A DNA stretch of 64,000 bases from assembly GCA_937893675.1 (NCBI GenBank), contig CALBGI010000055.1, positions 11,164-75,163 of the forward strand, given 5' to 3'. The position numbers and the translations under genes are program-made. Positions 19,742 to 30,422 of this stretch are shown piece after piece. The DNA comes from an uncultured Blautia sp. GTDB taxonomy: Bacteria > Bacillota > Clostridia > Lachnospirales > Lachnospiraceae. Every line of letters starts with the position of its first letter. Position 1 is the stretch's first letter. The notes beneath the pieces are model-generated. The model worked only from the letters and a program-made list of their open reading frames with translations, was not told the origin of the DNA and searched no databases.

Positions 19742-20000
19742 ATGCTTCTTCTTTATGGGATAACGAAAGTATCGAAAACATGGAACGTGGAGGAAAATTC
19801 CGCGTGCGGCTATATCAGAATGTACTATATACAGAATGGCGGCAGTCGTAACAGAATATCTTAAAAAAGAGGGACATTCGGTCAGTGAGACTGCAGAAGC
19901 TGTGGGGTATGGAGAAAGTAAAAATTTCAGCAGTTCTTTCAAAAAATTTTACGGGATTTGTCCAAGTGAAGCAAAGAAGTATCTATGCATGATTTTATAG
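19742..20000 (+). pseudogene. AraC-family regulator remnant (large internal deletion)
   Basis: GGAGG RBS; about 35 codons of cupin-like start joined out of frame to the AraC HTH end SVSETAEAVGYGESKNFSSSFKKFYGICPSE. Confidence 0.75.
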
Positions 20001-20031
20001 ATACACTGACCGGAGCGAAAAGGAGTCGAGA

Positions 20032-21789
20032 ATGAACCACAGATTTACTTACAGAATAAAAAATAAAATTATTATTATGATCCTTCTGGCAGTCATTCCC
20101 AGCATTCTTTTTTCCGTGTACTCTTCCTACCAGTACTACAAGGATTCTTTTAACAGGATCATTGAAGAAAAGGAAGCGCTGGTGGAGGAAATGACGCAGA
20201 ATCTTGATTTTCAGCTGCAGTATTATGCCAATATTTCCATGACAGCTTACTACAATGAAACGATTCTGGACTACATAAACAGCGGAAATTATGACGGTGT
20301 AAATGAAAATGTAGAAGCCTATTTATCCGGAATTGTAAATTCAGAAAGTAATGTGGAAGCGGTAGTGATGGAATTAGGCGATACCCGTTACGTAGAGGGA
20401 TATCGTTACCACAATCTGGATGAATATCTGGAAAGACACAGGGAAGCTGTGAAGGAAAAAAAGGGAAAGGTCATTTGGATACCGACAGAAACGATGTCCG
20501 GGCGCTATCATTCCAACCTGAAAACCTTTGCGCTGGCAAGAGCGATCAATTCCACAGAGGGAACAGAGGGAACCTTCTGGATGTTTTTTTCCGCGGACTT
20601 TATTTCAGATATTCTGAGCTATCAGCGTCTGGATCAGGAGGGAACCAGCTACTATATTTTGACAGAAGATAATGTAGTCGTGTGCAGCAGCCGGGACCTT
20701 CCGGCGGGAAAAAAGCTGAAAGACAAGGAGTTGATCCGGGCTTTTGAAAACGAAAAAAGCGGAAAAAAAATTAAGCTTTCTTCCGATGAAAGCATTGCAG
20801 TAAGTAAAATATCCGAGGAAACCGGATGGAAGACAACTGTCATCATCGATCCGGATGAAGTGTTTGGCGTTGTGAAGGAGCTGCGGCGAATGACGATCTG
20901 GCTGATGCTTCTCACGGCGCTTGTATTGCTGCTTATTTATTTCTTTTTGACCTGTTATATTTTTGAACCCATGAAGCGTTTGAGCACGGGAATGAAAAAT
21001 GTGTCGGACAAAAAATTTGAAAAAATCGGCTTCCGAAAAAAGACAGACGAGATGGGAATGCTCATCACAAATTACAATTTTATGATTGATGAGATCATGC
21101 GTCTGATGTCGGAGGTGCGTGAGGAGGAAAAGGAAAAAAATGAGGAAAAGATGAAAGTTTTGTCCATGCAGATCAACCCGCATTTTGTATTCAATACGTT
21201 AAATACTGTAAAATGGATGGCTATTTCCAATAAGCAGACAAATATAAAATGTATGATAGAAAGCCTGATCGCACTGATGAAAAGTGTAACATATACCAGA
21301 AAAGAAGAGGTTTTCGTGGAAGAAGAGCTGGAGCTTCTTGCATCTTATGTATATATCCAAAAGATGCGTTTTGTAAATTTTGAGGTTGGGTATGAGGTAG
21401 ACGACAACACGAAAAAGCTCAAGATTTTGAAGCTTCTTCTGCAGCCGCTTGTGGAAAATTGTATTCTGCATGCCTTTCAGGGCAGAAGGCAGGGAGGCGT
21501 GATCAAAATCCGGATTTACCGCCAGGAGGAAGCTCTTCATATCTGGGTGGAGGATAACGGTATTGGCTTTGATATGAGGGAGCAGGAGAAGTTTTTTGAG
21601 GCAAACCGGGAAGAATCTGCGGAGCATGTGGGAATCTACAATGTGGTGCAGCGGATCCGGCTGAACTATGGAGAAAGCTACGGCGCAGAAATTCAGAGCG
21701 TTTCGGGTGCCGGTACAAAAGTGCATTTGACTTTGCCGGTGCTGGAGAGCGGATATGGGGGAACATATGATCAGAGTTGTAATAATTGA
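20032..21789 (+). CDS. YesM-like sensor histidine kinase (Cache-HAMP-His_kinase)
   Basis: Two TM segments, QINPHFVFNTL, LQPLVEN, DNGIG, HVGIYNV. Confidence 0.93.
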   Translation: MNHRFTYRIKNKIIIMILLAVIPSILFSVYSSYQYYKDSFNRIIEEKEALVEEMTQNLDFQLQYYANISMTAYYNETILDYINSGNYDGVNENVEAYLSGIVNSESNVEAVVMELGDTRYVEGYRYHNLDEYLERHREAVKEKKGKVIWIPTETMSGRYHSNLKTFALARAINSTEGTEGTFWMFFSADFISDILSYQRLDQEGTSYYILTEDNVVVCSSRDLPAGKKLKDKELIRAFENEKSGKKIKLSSDESIAVSKISEETGWKTTVIIDPDEVFGVVKELRRMTIWLMLLTALVLLLIYFFLTCYIFEPMKRLSTGMKNVSDKKFEKIGFRKKTDEMGMLITNYNFMIDEIMRLMSEVREEEKEKNEEKMKVLSMQINPHFVFNTLNTVKWMAISNKQTNIKCMIESLIALMKSVTYTRKEEVFVEEELELLASYVYIQKMRFVNFEVGYEVDDNTKKLKILKLLLQPLVENCILHAFQGRRQGGVIKIRIYRQEEALHIWVEDNGIGFDMREQEKFFEANREESAEHVGIYNVVQRIRLNYGESYGAEIQSVSGAGTKVHLTLPVLESGYGGTYDQSCNN

Positions 21790-23263
21790 AGATGAAATGC
21801 TGGTGCGGATCGGATTGAAAATGTGCATTACAGAATATGACCCGCAGCTGAAGGTTGTGGCAGATTTTTCTTCCGCGGAGGAGGCATTGGAATATTTTGA
21901 AAAAAATACAGCGGACATACTTGTGACAGATATCCGTCTCAATGGCATGAGCGGCCTGGAGCTGCTCCATAAGCTGGAGAGGAAAAAGCCGTATTTATCG
22001 GCGATCATCCTGAGCTGTTATGAGGATTTTTCTTATGCAAAGGAGGCGATTTCTCTCGGTGTGGACAGTTATGTGCTGAAACACGAAATTGATGAAAAAG
22101 AGTTCCCGAAGCTTATCCTGAACCAGTATCGGAAGAAATGCAGCGGCATTTCCGGCGAAGCCTGGCATTATATGGGAGAGGAACGCAAAGAAGAGGAGAG
22201 ATTCGGCGAAGCGTTTCAGGTGGCGTCCTTTGTTTTTCGCAGAGAAGGAGACCGGAAAAATACAACCAGCGAGGAGATTGATTTTGAGATATTGGCAGAA
22301 ATGTTTCAAAAGTATCTCAAGGATGAGGGGCTTGGGGAGTGCTTTGTCCGCAGAAATATGGAAATCTGCGTGATATTCAGTTTTTCGGAAAAGAAGGATG
22401 TGAAGGCGGGGCAGGAAAAGATACAACGATTCTGGCATGAGGCGGCAAGCAGCGTATTTAATTATTTTAACCGGAACGCGTTTATGTTCTTGTCGGAGCC
22501 TTACTATGCCCTGCAGGAAACCAAGGCGCATTATGTGCGGCTCCAGGAAGAACGGGACGCTTGCTTTTACTGTGAGAAATCAGCCTGTTTTCAGGTGGGG
22601 AATCAGGACCGAGGGTGCAGGGAGGCTGTCCCGGAGCTGAAAATGCCGCGGGAACATATTTTTAAGGACGGCTGGTACCAGGCATTGAAGTATGAAGTAA
22701 ATCTGTTCCTGAAGCGGTGCTGTACAGCGGGAATTTCGGCAAAAGAGGCGAAATACAGGATTATCCGGCTTTTGAATGAAATGGAGCTGTATTTGGAGCA
22801 GAATTATAAGAATCTTTCGTTTCAGAGTATTTTTGGAGAAAAACCCTATCTGGGCTGTCAGGAGGTGGAGGCCTTTGACTCCGCTGAGCAGCTTCGCCGG
22901 GAGCTGCTGAAAACAGCGGAAATGCTTGTGCAGTACATGCAGAAGCAGCAGGAAGGCTTTGAGGCCATTGAGCAATATATCCGGGAAAATTATACCAGAC
23001 AGATTTCGCTGGCAGATATGGCGCTTCACTTTCACATGAACCCGGTATATTTTTGCCAGTATTTTAAGAAAAAGAAAGGAATTACCTATGTGCAGTTCCT
23101 GAACCAGGTGAGGATGGAGGAAGCAAAAAGGCTGCTGCAGAAGGGGGAACTGTCTGTGGAGCAGATTGCCGGAATGGTAGGGATTGAAAACAGCAATTAT
23201 TTTGGCAGGCTGTTTAAAAAAATGACGGGAATGACCATTGGGGAATACCGCAAATCAAACTAG
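21767..23263 (+). CDS. YesN-like response regulator (REC + AraC HTH)
   Basis: IIEDE, VTDIRL, YVLK receiver motifs; C-terminal AraC HTH. Confidence 0.92.
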   Translation: MIRVVIIEDEMLVRIGLKMCITEYDPQLKVVADFSSAEEALEYFEKNTADILVTDIRLNGMSGLELLHKLERKKPYLSAIILSCYEDFSYAKEAISLGVDSYVLKHEIDEKEFPKLILNQYRKKCSGISGEAWHYMGEERKEEERFGEAFQVASFVFRREGDRKNTTSEEIDFEILAEMFQKYLKDEGLGECFVRRNMEICVIFSFSEKKDVKAGQEKIQRFWHEAASSVFNYFNRNAFMFLSEPYYALQETKAHYVRLQEERDACFYCEKSACFQVGNQDRGCREAVPELKMPREHIFKDGWYQALKYEVNLFLKRCCTAGISAKEAKYRIIRLLNEMELYLEQNYKNLSFQSIFGEKPYLGCQEVEAFDSAEQLRRELLKTAEMLVQYMQKQQEGFEAIEQYIRENYTRQISLADMALHFHMNPVYFCQYFKKKKGITYVQFLNQVRMEEAKRLLQKGELSVEQIAGMVGIENSNYFGRLFKKMTGMTIGEYRKSN

Positions 23264-23270
23264 CAGACAT

Positions 23271-23384
23271 CTTAAAAAAGTGAATGAAACTTAAAAAAGT
23301 GAATAAAGACTGAAAATAAACTTAAAAAAGTGAATGAGAATCTAAATTATGACAATTGCTCTTTGAGGAGAGGACAACTATACT
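23271..23384 (+). promoter_or_regulatory. Three exact CTTAAAAAAGTGAAT direct repeats plus promoter of the carbohydrate ABC operon
   Basis: Repeats at 23271, 23290 and 23321, degenerate copy at 23342; TTGCTC(23356)-17 bp-TATACT(23379). Confidence 0.75.
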
Positions 23385-23420
23385 TATAGTCAGAACAAAA
23401 AATCAAAGGAGGCAGGTAAT

Positions 23421-24677
23421 ATGAAGAAAAAGGTTTTATCGATGGCTCTGGTGAGCGCTATGGCGGTTTCTCTCTTTGGAGGAGTGACGGTAAGCGCAGA
23501 AGAAAGCGAAATCGGCGGTTCCCTGATCATCTGGGAACATACGGACCAGTTCACAGAACCGTTGAAATCTGTGGTTGAAGGATTTAACGAGCTGTATCCG
23601 GATGTGGACGTGCAGATAGAAGTAAAGACATCCGATCAGTATTATAATCTCTTGCAGACCGCGATGCAGGCCGGAGAGACGCCGGACCTGTTCTGGACCA
23701 ACGGTCTTGCCACCACACACTACAAATCTTACGTAGATGCAGGCTATCTGATGGATCTGACAGATGTGGTTGACTTTTCCCTGTATGAAGGCACCACAGC
23801 AATGAATATCGTGACCATGGAAGATGGAAAGGTGTACTCCACACCCACTGCGGAAACCGGCGGACGCTGCGTATTTTATAACAAGGACATTTTTGAAGAG
23901 CTGGGACTCGAGGTTCCCAAAACCTTCTCCGAGTTCGAGGACGTTCTGGCAAAAATCGCGGAAAGCGATTACACACCCATTGCATTTTCCGCGACAGATC
24001 CGTGGGCGATTCTGTTCCAGTTTGAGCCGGTATTAAATGCAATGTCGGTTGACTGGATCAAAGAATACGAAGAAAATGGAACGATCAAGGTAAACGACGA
24101 AAGAGTTGTGGCTGCTTATGACAAGATGCTTGAGTGGGCAGAAAAGGGCTATTACGGAAAAGGCTACCTGGGCGTTGATGAGAGCGGAGCACTTCTGGCA
24201 TTCTCCAAGGGCGAGGCAGCAATGTGCGTGGAAGGAACCTGGAATATCTCCACGATTGATGAGAACAACCCGGAACTGAATTACGGAGCCTTCCAGATCC
24301 CGACAGAAGACGGAGAGCAGCCGATGGTCGGAACAAACAGCTGCGGTTACGGAGTAAGCGCAACCACAGAAAATCCGGATGCGGCTCTTGCATTTGTGAA
24401 TTATTTTGCAAGTGAGGAAGGGCAGACACGCTGGATCAACGGACTCAGCTCCATTCCCTGCACAACGAAGATTGTTTCTGACAATGCCGTTGTAAATGAA
24501 ATCGCATCCTTCGATTATCTGACAGAGAGCTATTACAATATCCTTGGCTACCTTGCAGATCCGGAACAGGATGACACAGCGACTGCAGTGTGGGAATCTG
24601 ACCAGTGTAAGGTATTCGCAGGAACACTTGGCGTACAGGAATTTGTGGACAGTCTGCAAAGTCTCCTGGTAGAGTAA
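23421..24677 (+). CDS. Carbohydrate ABC transporter substrate-binding protein (CUT1)
   Basis: Signal peptide, F.ELYPDV.V, G.TPDLF, FYNKDIF..LGL..PKT. Confidence 0.92.
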   Translation: MKKKVLSMALVSAMAVSLFGGVTVSAEESEIGGSLIIWEHTDQFTEPLKSVVEGFNELYPDVDVQIEVKTSDQYYNLLQTAMQAGETPDLFWTNGLATTHYKSYVDAGYLMDLTDVVDFSLYEGTTAMNIVTMEDGKVYSTPTAETGGRCVFYNKDIFEELGLEVPKTFSEFEDVLAKIAESDYTPIAFSATDPWAILFQFEPVLNAMSVDWIKEYEENGTIKVNDERVVAAYDKMLEWAEKGYYGKGYLGVDESGALLAFSKGEAAMCVEGTWNISTIDENNPELNYGAFQIPTEDGEQPMVGTNSCGYGVSATTENPDAALAFVNYFASEEGQTRWINGLSSIPCTTKIVSDNAVVNEIASFDYLTESYYNILGYLADPEQDDTATAVWESDQCKVFAGTLGVQEFVDSLQSLLVE

Positions 24678-24759
24678 CGGAAAAAATATAGCAAAAAAAC
24701 AGGATCAAAAGGGGGAGGTGGAAGCCTCCCCCCTTTCCTTTCAAAAGGGGGCAAATCAT

Positions 24760-25662
24760 TTGAAAAAGAAGAAAAAATGGGCTCATATAGGTTTCATTGC
24801 GCCGGGCTTTCTCATATACACCATATTTATGATGATTCCTCTGGCCTTTGCATTTTACTACAGTGTATTTGACTGGAACGGCATTGGCCCGAAAACCTTT
24901 GTGGGGCTGGACAATTTTATAAAACTGTTTACAAGTACACGAATCTCAAGGACGTTTTTTGCGGCGCTGCTGAACAACTTCAAGTATCTTGCCTGTGTGC
25001 TTCTCATTATCACACCGATCCAGATCTTTTTCGCATACATGCTGTATATAAAGATAAAATGTCACAAATACATACGATTTATGCTGTTTATGCCTTATGT
25101 GATCAGCACTTCGATCGTAGGCTTTTTTGCACTGATCCTGTTTGATCCGAATATTGGCGTTCTGAATGAGATCCTTGTGAGTCTGTTCGGAAAAGAGCAT
25201 GCCCAGGCCTGGCTGGGGGATCCGAATCTGGTCTTTAAGATATTCGTGTGCGTTGTCATCTGGCAGTGCATCGGTTCGGGCATGATGATTTTCTATGCCA
25301 ATATGCAGGAGATACCGGAGGAGATCATCGAGGCCAGTGTCATTGACGGATGCGGGGAGTGGAAGAGATTCTGGACGGTAGTGCTGCCCATGCTGACCTC
25401 TTCCATGAAGACCAACCTTACGCTGAGCGTTATTTATGCAATGACGATGTTCGACCTTCCGTATATTCTTGTGGGACCGCAGGGAGGCGCCACGGGAAAA
25501 CTGGATTTCATCAGCATGGTATTTTACCGCAACGCGTTTGGCGGCTCCTATTTTGGTGAAACATCCATTGGATTTGGTTCCGCGATCAGTGTGGTCATGT
25601 TCGTGATCATCCTGATATTGACGCTGGTTACCAAGAAGCTTGCCAAGAAGCTGGAATACTAA
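24760..25662 (+). CDS. Carbohydrate ABC transporter permease
   Basis: FVGLDNF, EAA-like loop IIEASVIDG; TTG start after AAGGGGG. Confidence 0.9.
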   Translation: MKKKKKWAHIGFIAPGFLIYTIFMMIPLAFAFYYSVFDWNGIGPKTFVGLDNFIKLFTSTRISRTFFAALLNNFKYLACVLLIITPIQIFFAYMLYIKIKCHKYIRFMLFMPYVISTSIVGFFALILFDPNIGVLNEILVSLFGKEHAQAWLGDPNLVFKIFVCVVIWQCIGSGMMIFYANMQEIPEEIIEASVIDGCGEWKRFWTVVLPMLTSSMKTNLTLSVIYAMTMFDLPYILVGPQGGATGKLDFISMVFYRNAFGGSYFGETSIGFGSAISVVMFVIILILTLVTKKLAKKLEY

Positions 25663-25676
25663 GGGGGGATGAGAAA

Positions 25677-26537
25677 ATGAGTACAAAGAAAAAATCCCAA
25701 AGAAGAATTGAAGGAAAGCATACTACGGTTGTAAAAAACATCATCTCCTGCATCCTGGTGTTGTACACGTTTATTTCCATTTATCTGATTGGAATGACCG
25801 TGCTGAATTCTTTTAAAACAAAATCTGAGCTGATCAACAATACTATGGGATTTCCCAAAGCGGTTACGCTGGATAACTTCCTGCAGGTGATTGTGGAGGA
25901 TGAATTTTTGAGATATTTGCTGAACAGTGTGATTCTGGTGGTGGCATCTGTGTTCTGCCTGTGCCTGGTATCCTCCATGCTCAGTTATGCGCTTGCCCAC
26001 TACCAATTTAAGGGGAAAGCCCTCCTGGAAAACTATTTCCTTCTGGGACTCATGTTTCCCATACAGCTTGGAATTCTGCCCCTGTTCATTATGCTTACAA
26101 AGGTGCATCTGAACAATACACTGCCAGGGCTGGTATTGATCTATACAGCCAATCTGTCGTTCTCCACAGTGCTGTTTACGAATTTCTTCCGCGGTCTGCC
26201 CAAGGAAGTGCTGGAGTCTGCACAGATTGACGGAGCCGGGGATTATCAGGTGTTCACAAAGATTGTTGCGCCGATTTCCAAACCGGTCATTTCCACGGTT
26301 GGCCTGATCAGCTTCGTACAGATATGGAATGATTTTTATATGCCCCTGGTCTTTCTGACAAAAAAAGAGGTAAAGACGCTTACCCTTGGCATTTACAGCT
26401 ACAGCGCCAATTTTCTGGCAAACTGGAATAAAATTTTTGCGGCCATTACCATTGCGCTGATCCCGATCATTATTATTTATTTCTTATTCTCAGAGCAGAT
26501 TGTAGAAGGACTTACCGGCGGTGCGGTAAAAGGATAA
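25677..26537 (+). CDS. Carbohydrate ABC transporter permease
   Basis: LPKEVLESAQIDGA, WNDF, GLTGGAVKG. Confidence 0.93.
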   Translation: MSTKKKSQRRIEGKHTTVVKNIISCILVLYTFISIYLIGMTVLNSFKTKSELINNTMGFPKAVTLDNFLQVIVEDEFLRYLLNSVILVVASVFCLCLVSSMLSYALAHYQFKGKALLENYFLLGLMFPIQLGILPLFIMLTKVHLNNTLPGLVLIYTANLSFSTVLFTNFFRGLPKEVLESAQIDGAGDYQVFTKIVAPISKPVISTVGLISFVQIWNDFYMPLVFLTKKEVKTLTLGIYSYSANFLANWNKIFAAITIALIPIIIIYFLFSEQIVEGLTGGAVKG

Positions 26538-26568
26538 CGTTAAAAAGATTACAAGGAGCACGAGGCAT

Positions 26569-27615
26569 ATGACAACAAGAGAACGATTTCGCAAAGTGAT
26601 GGAGGGGGATTCCTCCCTGGACCGTGCGCCGGTCCTGGAGTGGGCGCCCTGGTGGGACAAGACGCTGGAATGCTGGCAGGAAGAAGGCATGCCGGGAGGA
26701 ATGGAAGAGCAGGAAGTGATGGACTATTTCGGGCTGGACAGAATTGCACAGTTCTGGTTTCCCCATTACCAGGAAGATTGTCCGCAGCCGGAGTCGAAGT
26801 ATGTGGGGCCGGGCATTGTGCAGGAGGAAGAGGATTATGACCGTCTGAGAAAATATTTTCTTCCGGAGGACGCAGTGGAACGGATGATGGATGACATCCA
26901 GAAAGTACGCCCGGAACATGAGAAGGGGGAAACCCTGGTATGGTATACCATAAACGGTTTTTTCTGGTTTCCCAGAGAGCTGTTTGGAGATGAGGCGCAT
27001 TTGTACGCGTTTTATGATTACCCGGAGCTGTATCACAGAATCTGTGAGGATCTGCTGCAGTGGCAGATAAAACAGATCGATGCGTTTGCCGGCTTCATGA
27101 AGGCAGATTTCATGACCATTGCGGAAGACATGAGCTACAACAAGGGTCCCATGATATCCCGCCAGATGTTTGAAGAGTTTATGCTTCCCTATTACAGAAG
27201 GCTGATTCCGGAAATCAAAAAGTACGGGACAAAGGTTTTTGTGGATTCGGACGGAAACGTGGAGGAGATGATCCCCTGGCTCATTGAGGCGGGAGTGGAC
27301 GGCGTTCTTCCGCTGGAACGGCAGGCGGGAGTGGACCTGGTGAAGCTGCAGAAAGCGTATCCGGAATTTCTGTTTCTGGGAGGCTTTGACAAAATGAGCC
27401 TTTTGCAGGGAAAGGAAGCGATCCGCCGGGAATTTGAACGGCTTCTTCCGGTGATAGAGAACGGAAAATATCTGGTGAGCATGGACCACCAGACGCCGCC
27501 GGGAGTGACTATGGAAAATTACAGATATTATGTGGAGCTTTTGAAGGAATACAGTAAAAAAGCCTGTCAGGCAGGAAAGGCGGGGAAATATGGGAAAATG
27601 GATATGGATGCATGA
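26569..27615 (+). CDS. Uroporphyrinogen decarboxylase (URO-D)-superfamily protein
   Basis: MT.RERF, EDM....GPMIS..MFEEF..PYY, DSDGN, GGFDK, DH..PP. Confidence 0.82.
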   Translation: MTTRERFRKVMEGDSSLDRAPVLEWAPWWDKTLECWQEEGMPGGMEEQEVMDYFGLDRIAQFWFPHYQEDCPQPESKYVGPGIVQEEEDYDRLRKYFLPEDAVERMMDDIQKVRPEHEKGETLVWYTINGFFWFPRELFGDEAHLYAFYDYPELYHRICEDLLQWQIKQIDAFAGFMKADFMTIAEDMSYNKGPMISRQMFEEFMLPYYRRLIPEIKKYGTKVFVDSDGNVEEMIPWLIEAGVDGVLPLERQAGVDLVKLQKAYPEFLFLGGFDKMSLLQGKEAIRREFERLLPVIENGKYLVSMDHQTPPGVTMENYRYYVELLKEYSKKACQAGKAGKYGKMDMDA

Positions 27616-30412
27616 GAAGGAAGGGGAATTTCGGGAAAATACAAGAGCCTGTTTTGCAGATTCCTTTGTTGTGGAAAACGTGGAAGAAGAGATTACCCTG
27701 GAAATCTGTGCAGTGACAAAATACATGGTGTATATCAACGGAAGCTATGTGGGAAGAGGACCAATTCGCGGGGAAAAAGGAAGTTTTACTTACGATTCCT
27801 ATTCCATATTGCCCCTTTGCAGAATGGGAGAAAATACCATTGCGGTCCGGGTGTGGAATTATGGCTGGTCCACTTACCAGAGCATCAGCGATACCCCCGG
27901 GGTGGATTTCACGGCTGCACAGGGCGGGCATATCCTTGCAGAGTCGGGAGAGACCACGAGATGCAGGGAAGATCTGGGCCATATGCGGTATGCGCCGAAA
28001 CGAAATGTGAATCTTGGATTTTCGGACTATTATGACGGAAGAAAAGGAAATCTGAAGTGGATTGCAGACAGCAGAGAAGCCGGGGACTGGGGATATGGAA
28101 AAGTTCTGCCAAGGAAAGGGGAGCAGACAGAGAAAAAAAGCCGTCCCATTCGGATGCTTCATTCCACAGAAGTGTATCCAAAAAAGGTGGAGTGCATCCA
28201 GGATGTGAAGAGAGGCTGCCAGCAGCTGACTTTGAACACCAGACGCGCGTTTTTCGGCGACCGGCGCGATGCCAATGAGACGATTTTCTCAGGATTTCTG
28301 GGCGGCTGCTTTACTGCAGAAAAGGACATGGAGGGAATGATTTCTTTCCCCAACCGTACCTGGAATGGGATCATCGGAACCTTCCGCCTGGGCGGGAAGG
28401 TGTATCCGGTGGACAATGCGCATCGGGACATCCCGGTACAGATACCGGCGGGCCAGCAGTTTTTCCTGATGCAGATTTCCGGAAAATTTGACGACCTGTA
28501 TTGCCATATAGAACTGCGGTTCCCTGAAAAACTGAAGACCGGAGGATTTTTTACAGTCGGACCGACGCAGAGAATTTGCCAGAAGCTTGACGGGGTTTCC
28601 CGCATCTACGGTGGCCTGGATGAATTCAATGAAATGGAAAGCTATACAAAAAAGCATCGTCGGATATTTGAGGCGCAGAGTCTGGAAGAACTGCAGAAAT
28701 TGACGGACGAGATTGTGTTTCTGGATGAGAAGGATATTTTTGAAGATATGTATCTTCTTTCCCTGGCGCGGACAGAGGAGGTTGTCCAGGAGTATGCCGT
28801 AACGACAGAGGACTGCGGAATTCTCTGGAAAAATCAGAGCTGTACGGCAATCGGCCTGCCTCAGGCAGGAGATTACCGGAGGATTCTCGTGGATTTTGGA
28901 AACATTTGCGTAGGGCAGCTTTCCTTCACTTTGAAGGCAGCCGAGGGGACAACGATTGATATTTACGGATTTGAAAATTATTACCGCAGAGAAATTGATT
29001 TTACCATTGGTCTGAATAATGGGATCCGGTACGTGACTTCGGAAGGCTGGCAGACCTATGAATGTATGGTGCGTACCGGAATGCGCTACGCGCTGATCAC
29101 CGTGCGTAATGCCAAAAAGCCGGTGCTGATACGGGATTTCCATATGCGTCATGAGACCTATGCCCTTTCTTCCATGGGACAGTTTGAGTCCAGCGATACG
29201 CTTTTGAACCGTATTTTTGAAATGTGCCGGGATACAAACCGGTTCTGTACCGAGGACTGTTTTACTGATTCTCCAACCTATGAGCAGGCATTCTGGACCG
29301 GAGATGCCCAGCTGAGCTCGCTGATCAACGGATGGCTGTTCGGTGACTATGAATACGCGGTTCATGTGCAGAAGCTGGCTGTTACGGCGCAGAACAATAC
29401 CATGATGATGAATGCGCTGACGCCGACAGACTGGGACACCTCCATTCCCATGTGGATGATGAACTGGGTGCTGTCTGTTTTTGAGACAGAGGAGCTTTCC
29501 GGCTCCCGGGAGCACATAGAAACGCTGTACCCCTATATATATCGGGTGCTGGAATTTTACAGACAGTTTATCACAGAGGACGGAGGCTTTCTCATCAATG
29601 CGTGGAATATGATCGACTGGGCTGCAATGGATATCGGCAACCACGGAGTTGTCACGGCGCATCAGGCGCAGCTCGCCTATTGTTACCGCATCGTCGGAAA
29701 ATATTGTGAAGAAACCGGAAGAACAGCAGAGGGAAAGAAATTCCTGGAAGCAGACGAAGCTCTTCTGGCATATATAGACCGGTTTATGTGGGACAAGGAC
29801 AGACGCATGTATCTGGACGGATGGTCACCGGAAAAGGGGAACTCCTCCACGGTCAGCATTCAGACCCATATAATGCTGTATCTCTATGACGGGATTATGG
29901 GGGAAGACAAAAAAGAGCTGGTGAAACAGTATCTTTTGAATCCGCCGGCGGAATTTCTGAAGGTGGGGTCGCCGTTTATGCTGTATTATCTCTATCAGGC
30001 ATATGGGAAGGCAGGAAAAAGAGACCTTATTTTTCCGGATATCAAAAAGCGCTGGGGAGAAATGCTGAAGTACGATTCTACCACCTGCTGGGAGGTTTTT
30101 CCGGGATTTTATGAAAATGGAAGAACCAGGAGCTACTGTCATTCCTGGTCTGCCTCTCCGGCCTTTTTTATGCTGCGGTATTTGTCGGGAATCCGCATCC
30201 TGGAGGAGGGCTTCCGAAAGATCACCTTTGAAACCTGTCCGATTGAATTGCAGTGGTGCAGAAGCAGCATCCCTACGCCTTACGGCATGATCAGCATAGA
30301 CTGGTATAAGGAAAACGGCGTTTATGATGTGCGGATGGAGGTGCCGGAGCAAATAGAATTTGTTCCCTGCAAAGAAGAGAAGGTACGGATCCAGATAAAA
30401 TATTTAAAATGA
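27590..30412 (+). CDS. GH78-like alpha-L-rhamnosidase-family glycoside hydrolase
   Basis: Y..YING..VGRGP, VDFG, TDSPTYEQAFWTGD, TTCWE, SYCHSWS, PTPYG.I...W. Confidence 0.82.
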   Translation: MGKWIWMHEKEGEFRENTRACFADSFVVENVEEEITLEICAVTKYMVYINGSYVGRGPIRGEKGSFTYDSYSILPLCRMGENTIAVRVWNYGWSTYQSISDTPGVDFTAAQGGHILAESGETTRCREDLGHMRYAPKRNVNLGFSDYYDGRKGNLKWIADSREAGDWGYGKVLPRKGEQTEKKSRPIRMLHSTEVYPKKVECIQDVKRGCQQLTLNTRRAFFGDRRDANETIFSGFLGGCFTAEKDMEGMISFPNRTWNGIIGTFRLGGKVYPVDNAHRDIPVQIPAGQQFFLMQISGKFDDLYCHIELRFPEKLKTGGFFTVGPTQRICQKLDGVSRIYGGLDEFNEMESYTKKHRRIFEAQSLEELQKLTDEIVFLDEKDIFEDMYLLSLARTEEVVQEYAVTTEDCGILWKNQSCTAIGLPQAGDYRRILVDFGNICVGQLSFTLKAAEGTTIDIYGFENYYRREIDFTIGLNNGIRYVTSEGWQTYECMVRTGMRYALITVRNAKKPVLIRDFHMRHETYALSSMGQFESSDTLLNRIFEMCRDTNRFCTEDCFTDSPTYEQAFWTGDAQLSSLINGWLFGDYEYAVHVQKLAVTAQNNTMMMNALTPTDWDTSIPMWMMNWVLSVFETEELSGSREHIETLYPYIYRVLEFYRQFITEDGGFLINAWNMIDWAAMDIGNHGVVTAHQAQLAYCYRIVGKYCEETGRTAEGKKFLEADEALLAYIDRFMWDKDRRMYLDGWSPEKGNSSTVSIQTHIMLYLYDGIMGEDKKELVKQYLLNPPAEFLKVGSPFMLYYLYQAYGKAGKRDLIFPDIKKRWGEMLKYDSTTCWEVFPGFYENGRTRSYCHSWSASPAFFMLRYLSGIRILEEGFRKITFETCPIELQWCRSSIPTPYGMISIDWYKENGVYDVRMEVPEQIEFVPCKEEKVRIQIKYLK

Positions 30413-30422
30413 CGGGGGAAGA

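Noticed and set aside
23271..23335. Direct repeats as a mini-CRISPR array
   Set aside because: 15-bp repeats with 4- and 16-bp spacers, no cas genes; position fits regulator binding sites
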